DNA of 38,376 nucleotides from Ascoidea asiatica JCM 7603. Lineage: Eukaryota; Fungi; Ascomycota. The stretch's first letter is position 1. Each line of letters opens with the position of its first letter. Both the position numbers and the translations under genes were made by a program. Where the stretch lies: assembly GCA_001600695.1 (NCBI GenBank), contig BCKQ01000006.1, forward strand, positions 332,328-370,703, given 5' to 3'. Shown piece after piece: positions 33,601 to 38,376 of the stretch. A model generated the notes under the pieces. It saw only the letters and a program-made list of their open reading frames with translations. It was not told the DNA's origin and did not search any database.

Positions 33601-34432
33601 TTCATCTCCTGAAGACAATGTATTAAATGAAGATGACGAGTTAAATATAACTGATAATAATGGAAACCCAAATACTACTAATAGCAGTGGGCGTTCTCAT
33701 AATAATGAAAGCATTATTCAACATGATAATTTACTGATTGATGATTCAAATACTCAGGATTCTTTTTCAGAGTCAGATTTTGACGCTACAGAAGACCGAA
33801 CGACAAATTTTTTTGATTCTGGAAATACAAGTAATAATATTATGAGCTTACTAGGTAAAAGTATAAAGCCTATTAATCGATCATTTATAACCTTTCACTC
33901 TAGAGATAGTAGCTTTTTAGATAATGATGCTTTAACAGATAATGAAAAAGAATTTACAGATAGAAAAAATCATGAATCTATTCATGAAGATTTTGACGGG
34001 TTTGAAGACGAAGAAGAACAAAAAATGGTACCATCAGCTGCGAAACTTAATCTTCATCAGTATCTAATGAGTAGTGGATCTGGTAAGGGAAAAAATATCT
34101 CTACTTCTAACAGATGCTCAATAATAGATGATGAATCTGAAGGTGAAGATTTATCCTCAGAAGATGATTTTTCTGATGTAAATGATAGCCACATTAAAGA
34201 ATTACCTTTTGATATGAAAGCTGAGAAAGAATATGATGATTTTTTTCTTGATCGAGCTCCAGAAGAAGGGGTTGAAAAAAATATTTCAAATTCATTACAT
34301 TTCTCAAGTGATAATAAGGTACCTAAGAATAAATTTATTCCAAAAATCAAGTATTCAATTTCTAAGTCTCCATCACATAGAAAATTTCAATCTGTCAATG
34401 ATTATCTTGATAATTTAGATAATAAGGGTTAA
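30641..34432 (+). CDS. Ser/Thr protein kinase of the Elm1/Sak1/Tos3 (CAMKK-like, Snf1-activating) family, probably ELM1-like
   Basis: GSGQYGKV, VAIKE, LEYCKNGEIQW, HRDIKPSNLL, KISDFG, ELSRTVGTPAFLPPELC and DIWALGITLYCLIYNKLP; followed by a Ser/Asn-rich tail of about 850 aa. Confidence 0.88.
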   Translation: MNKNIDNSHIKIKEFSKVNISRNNETNNKILNDIEIIKKLGSGQYGKVILGFDNSLSEYVAIKEISKFTKKKLPSPVNIRNNNNNNKLNGNSNGNENGHHGNSIENKLILRKNSNNIESKIYHEIKIMRKTNNQHQNILKLFKIFNDKNFKNIYLILEYCKNGEIQWLSNSNINFNSIKNLNNLINFFKQIYSGLSFLKKKNIIHRDIKPSNLLINNQNLIKISDFGVSYTIDNDLQIKNKVIQKELSRTVGTPAFLPPELCGLKKKIKKSTENNNNNNGLVYSDSTMSITSSLSQFSIESSLMPNNNCNPDEIEINYLFDYQIDIWALGITLYCLIYNKLPISAFNEYELFDKIINENIIIPNDSESLLFHTISNDLDKLNFIRFKNLLFNNLLIKNPEIRISIEDLLNNDIFNDINNFNDQSDKLNFFETNGKFQKNINININKNINYIPSSSIFLNKKSITGKSFENLIETSNGFIKPSNINNNQKKNISRRPSESNSEIYINTTHPRKLNNKSSNLLLLNRNTYMKVSPSQKSLRSNNSKLSLNSLPSPNNLENRNFSNSNSNSNTNSNINSNTISNTNTNFNHIKDHNNNTKNNTISNSSSYNSNPSSNLNSNFSDAKSDRDAFKRLHSSHPSIVSANTIFSNTSSLVTNSSISSNALLSKKSPNGFSRLKKKLSKMLISGGSNHSHEHRVHSPPKINRNSNRDSSLSNSYASINSTSSSDSYSLKNESRKNNDSQSNLSYITATSNPNDINKVLVTDSGGISLPPNRNHFLNSPSTYTVNSLLSSPSIVSRNSRGSKNATPSSLISRNNHSTHLRKKSKTSTSSIIYDDLLSSSTSNTNNTTATRTESNTTTNTTFNSSSKIYNQLQSHSQSSNLGSMGLGINMPATSSEQCLLQERIKFKYNHQNSSYTDEQSKSSSVIKNSISGGSIPIDNKGLTIKLVNSMENMDTSFTSSEMSAKDISEYFAGFSPSPEKKNYEGISSSPEDNVLNEDDELNITDNNGNPNTTNSSGRSHNNESIIQHDNLLIDDSNTQDSFSESDFDATEDRTTNFFDSGNTSNNIMSLLGKSIKPINRSFITFHSRDSSFLDNDALTDNEKEFTDRKNHESIHEDFDGFEDEEEQKMVPSAAKLNLHQYLMSSGSGKGKNISTSNRCSIIDDESEGEDLSSEDDFSDVNDSHIKELPFDMKAEKEYDDFFLDRAPEEGVEKNISNSLHFSSDNKVPKNKFIPKIKYSISKSPSHRKFQSVNDYLDNLDNKG

Positions 34433-34440
34433 TAAAATTA

Positions 34441-34480
34441 ACATTTCTTATCATTTCTTAACATTTCTTAACATTTCTTA
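34441..34480. repeat. Tandem 10-mer (ACATTTCTTA) x4 immediately after the kinase stop codon
   Basis: acatttctta tcatttctta acatttctta acatttctta read directly. Confidence 0.9.
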
Positions 34481-34795
34481 AAAATTTTTAAATTTTTTTT
34501 TCTCTATAATATTGACATTAACATTGAATATCGATAATATGCTCACTATCATTTTCCGCTAACAATTTTTGCTATATATTTTTTTTATTATTACAGAAAC
34601 TACTTACTTTCTTTTATATTGTATTTTACTTGCTTTTTCTTCATAAAATTTCATAGGCTTTATTACCTTTATATAATATATATAGTATAACTTATTAAAT
34701 AAGGCGTATTGATTAAAATCACTCAAATGTCAATCTGAGATTGATATTATAATAAATACTATTCAATGACCATTGATTGAAATTGAATTTCAAAA

Positions 34796-35452
34796 TCATA
34801 TCTCACACATTATAGTTAATAATTTATATGTATTTCTTAATGGTAATCCAACAACATTGTAATAATCACCCTTAATTCCAGAAATTAACAAAGCTCCTAA
34901 TCCTTGGATTTTATAACCGCCAGCAGCATTTAAACCATCTTTAGATTGAGCATAATGCATTAAAAAATCATCAGTAATTGATCTATCCATAAATACAATT
35001 GATTCTTCTATAAAATTTTGTTTAGATATTAATCCCTTTGGCCCAAATCTATATACTGCAACACCAGTCAAAACAGATTGATCTTTTGGTGAATTTAAGA
35101 TTTTTTTTAATGAATTGAAATTATCTTGTGAATCAATAGGTTTCTCAAAAATCACTCCATTGCATTCAACTATTGTGTCTGCAGATAATAGAATTGTCTC
35201 TTTGATATTTTCTTCTTTCATTAATTGATTGAATACATATTCACCTTTATTAATTGCAGTGTTTAAAACATACTCTTTTGGAGTGAATTTACTCTTATCT
35301 AAATCTTCCGCATATCCAGAAGGAATGATTTCAATTTTATCTCTTTCTATCCCCATTTGAAGTAAAATTTCCAACCTTCTTGGAGAAGAAGAAGCTAGAA
35401 TAAACCTATAATTTCCTCTATTTATTTTAGAATAAACTAATTCTTTTTCCAT
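34796..35452 (-). CDS. Maf-family nucleotide pyrophosphatase (YOR111W-like)
   Basis: 218 aa; FILASSSPRR, EDLDK, LSADTIV, IFEKP and AGGYKIQG...GDYYNVVGLP are Maf signatures. Confidence 0.93.
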   Translation of the reverse strand: MEKELVYSKINRGNYRFILASSSPRRLEILLQMGIERDKIEIIPSGYAEDLDKSKFTPKEYVLNTAINKGEYVFNQLMKEENIKETILLSADTIVECNGVIFEKPIDSQDNFNSLKKILNSPKDQSVLTGVAVYRFGPKGLISKQNFIEESIVFMDRSITDDFLMHYAQSKDGLNAAGGYKIQGLGALLISGIKGDYYNVVGLPLRNTYKLLTIMCEI

Positions 35453-36539
35453 TTTGCTTATACCTTTTCCAGTATTTGAGTTACAATTAGTATTTCAATT
35501 TAAAAAAACCCAAAATCAATCTATCTTAAAATTTATAAAATCATCATTTTAAAATTGAATTCAATGGTCCTTTGGAAAAGAGCAATCTCAATGACCAATC
35601 TTAATGATTTCCTTCTTCAAGTTCAATGAAAATAAATCAAACTCAAATTTTGAGTTCAACTGCTATAGAGCACGCAACAAAATTACTAATCATCGCCTGC
35701 GTTGGATCATACTAAATAGGCAATTGTGGCTGATTATATTAGAATCAAATCAGTTTCTAGAGTTATAAATGAAAGAGTTCAATCTAAGCGATTAATACTG
35801 TATTTTGTTTTTTATTAAGCCAAAAAAAAAATTTTTTGAGAAACTATTTAGTAATTTCACAACTAAAATAATTCTTTGAGAAAATTGTAAATAAAAATTC
35901 AAAAATTAATTAATTGCCATGATATTTAACTTTATAGAAGAACCCAATTATGAAGATTGCCTATAAAGCTTTGATTTTTTGTGTGTCTGGGTTCGATATA
36001 ACGTTAAAAGTAAGTAACCTCTACAGCCCTTAATATATGTCAGGTGATAGTGTTGACGCCAATATAAAGGGTTTTAATATAAAGTCACGCGATCGTTTGA
36101 AAACCAATTTAAAGGTTGCCTAATATTTTTTATTATTTTTCAAAAATATAAACATTTGAAACGTAACAACGACAATGGATTCAAAAGATACTGCCTGTAT
36201 ATCTAAAGGGAAGAATTCTTGATAATCCAGATATTAATATTGAAAGTCAAAATAATGTAGCTATTTGTTTGATTTCAATTAATGGTATCTTTTATTTTGA
36301 ATAGGATCTGACAAAGCGACCTTATTATCGTTTATCTGATTCGTAGCAGTTATCGAATAAATAATAAGAATAGTAGGAATAGGAAAAGAATATGATTAGA
36401 TTATTTTGTCTTTCGATTGCGAAATAAATATTTTCACCCTTCAAAAAAAAAGCCTTTGGATTAAAGTCTAATGAAATGAAATATTCATTGTGGTTTTGAA
36501 TGAGTCAATCCTTTCACAGTATTGGCATCACTTTGTTCT

Positions 36540-38376
36540 ATAACTCATGATGACCATGAGTTCCAGCCACGGCTTTGAAACCCCTTTTATTAATACTGGA
36601 AATGATAATTATCATGAAAAAATTACATCAAATCAGTAATTATTTCAAAAGAATTGATACAAATTTGCCCATAATCAAGTCTAAAAAAAATTTTTAATCA
36701 AAGGGTTTAAACTTTTGAGAAAGTTAAAATACGCTCAGCCGTTTAATAGTTTTTTACTGCAGAAACGTTATTGTTTTGTTTCTTAAACTACAAAAGGAAA
36801 CTTGAATTCCGAAGAAATTTAAATCATAAACTCATATCAGAACCACAGAAAAGTTTCCAAAGGAAATCCACAAAATATTTCATATTTTATAAAAAGTATA
36901 TTAAAATTTTATAATGATGGTCCGATCATTTAAATTCTTTCATGGGGAAAATCAAAAAAATGGAGTGATCAATTAAAGGGTTTTCTCTTAAATTTATAAC
37001 TTTGAAAAGCATACATTGGCAACATTGTGTGACTAATTTCAATTATTTGAAGACTTGAACTTTTTTTTCCTGTCTTTGAAGGAGTTATAATATTATCCGA
37101 AAATTTCCCTATTTCTTTGATTAGAAAGAAATAAAGAAAATAATTTAAATTATTCTTGATTATTTAAAAGAAATGAGTCATTTACTCTTGATAGAAACTT
37201 GATTTTCACTCTTTTAATTCTTAACATATTTACAAATATTATACTTTGAGAATATAATTGGAAATTATTCAGTGAAAATTTTGAAAGAAAATAATCTATT
37301 TTTATGTGATAATGATTGAAAGAAAAAAAACAGAGAATTAAAATTTTATAAAAAAATTGTCAGAATTCTTTTCTTTCCATATAACAAGAAATGACATATT
37401 ATTTATTTGGAAAGTTCCAAAAGAAACAAAAAAAGCAAGAATTTCATTTTTAACTCCTGGATCAAAGGGAAAATAATTTGTGGTTAATTGAGAGGATATT
37501 AAATAAAGAAAAATAAATTGGATTTGAGAGTTTATTATTAGTTTCCAATAAGGAGAAGATCAAAAAATATTATACAGTGAATTAATTATATTGGAAGGCT
37601 TAAGGATAAAATTGGTCGTAATCATAAAACTAAGATACGAGAGTATGAGACAATTTAGATCTTATCTATCGTTAGTTTATTACTAAAAATATTTTTTGAA
37701 TATTTTTGGAGCGAGCATCATAATGAATCTCATTTAAATCGGATCTATTTTTTACTTGTTGAAATATATTAATATTGTTAATTTCACGATAAATGTGAAA
37801 TTAAAGTGTATAAATTTTATATTATTTCACTTGCAGTTTCTCTCATGCTGGCTTATACAAATTTTACTTTTTGAGAGTTTTTCAAGGCAATGATTTTGTT
37901 TTCTTATCAAATAATTTGATCTCAAAATTTTTGAAAGGAAATTGAAATAATATTTAAATAAAATTTTTAAGAAGTCTGGAACAATGGCTCTTGTGATTAA
38001 AAAAATTCATATTCGGAAAACATCCAAAAGTTGATATTTATTTTTTGACTCAAGAAAATGATCCATTGAATCTCGGTAGTGCGTCATAGCATTTCTTTGG
38101 AATGTTTTTTTTACGAAATTAAAATTTATATTGCTAATTCAAACTTGATTTTTCAGTTCCGGAAAGAACTGCTCTTAGTATTAAAACAAATGTCAATCGA
38201 AACCAAGAAAATATTTTTTTCTTTTGATCTCGGAGCGACAACCTCATTAAAGTTCAAAAAATTAAAAAATAATTAAGATTACATTATTTAAAATAATAAT
38301 AAGATTGTTCAGAGATTTATGAAATACATAAAAAGTGTTGGGATTCTTGAAACATAATGGAATAAATTAAGTTGTT
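36540..38376 (+). pseudogene. Possible second decayed coding relic within a gene-free tract
   Basis: A-rich plus strand with a mosaic of short protein-like frames (e.g. INYIGRLKDKIGRNHKTKIREYETI*ILSIVSLLLKIFFEYFWSEHHNESHLNRIYFLLVEIY at ~37580-37770; ORF 38079-38276). No recognisable motif; weak support. Confidence 0.3.

Noticed and set aside
4196-34418. Short ORFs overlapping large genes (4196, 7523, 7748, 12423, 15495, 16033, 16615, 17017, 19565, 19674, 20138, 20147, 23210, 27741, 28446, 34057, 34233)
   Set aside because: Antisense or shifted-frame shadows of biased codon usage and AAT repeats; no protein motifs.
34796-35452. Maf gene as a bacterial horizontal transfer
   Set aside because: Maf-family genes are normal in yeasts (YOR111W), and nothing in its composition marks it as foreign.
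35985-36000. GGTTCGA B-box/tRNA T-loop-like word
   Set aside because: No T-stem, A box or cloverleaf around it.

Overview
Very AT-rich nuclear DNA from a budding yeast (Saccharomycotina). The GTAAGT/TACTAAC intron, poly-Asn-rich proteins and gene set suggest a non-Saccharomyces lineage, possibly one with reassigned CUG; this is inference. The window holds ten recognisable housekeeping genes: MON2, FMP42, COX12, GRC3, YPK9, a THI7-family NCS1 permease, a dithiol glutaredoxin, VPS27, an ELM1/SAK1-family kinase and a Maf-family pyrophosphatase. GRC3 has a short first exon and an intron that the ORF track misses. The 5' part of an unidentified gene runs off the left edge. Unexplained items are a ~2.5 kb frameshifted gene relic (about 790-3330), a GC-rich hairpin-forming segment upstream of MON2, an exactly 13-bp-phased motif array, a gene-free right end, and a repeated pattern of GC-rich promoter islands surrounded by ultra-AT-rich coding DNA. 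I found no tRNA, rRNA, CRISPR array or intact transposon, and no clear-cut novel multi-gene system. All identifications are by eye from remembered family motifs; no searches were run.
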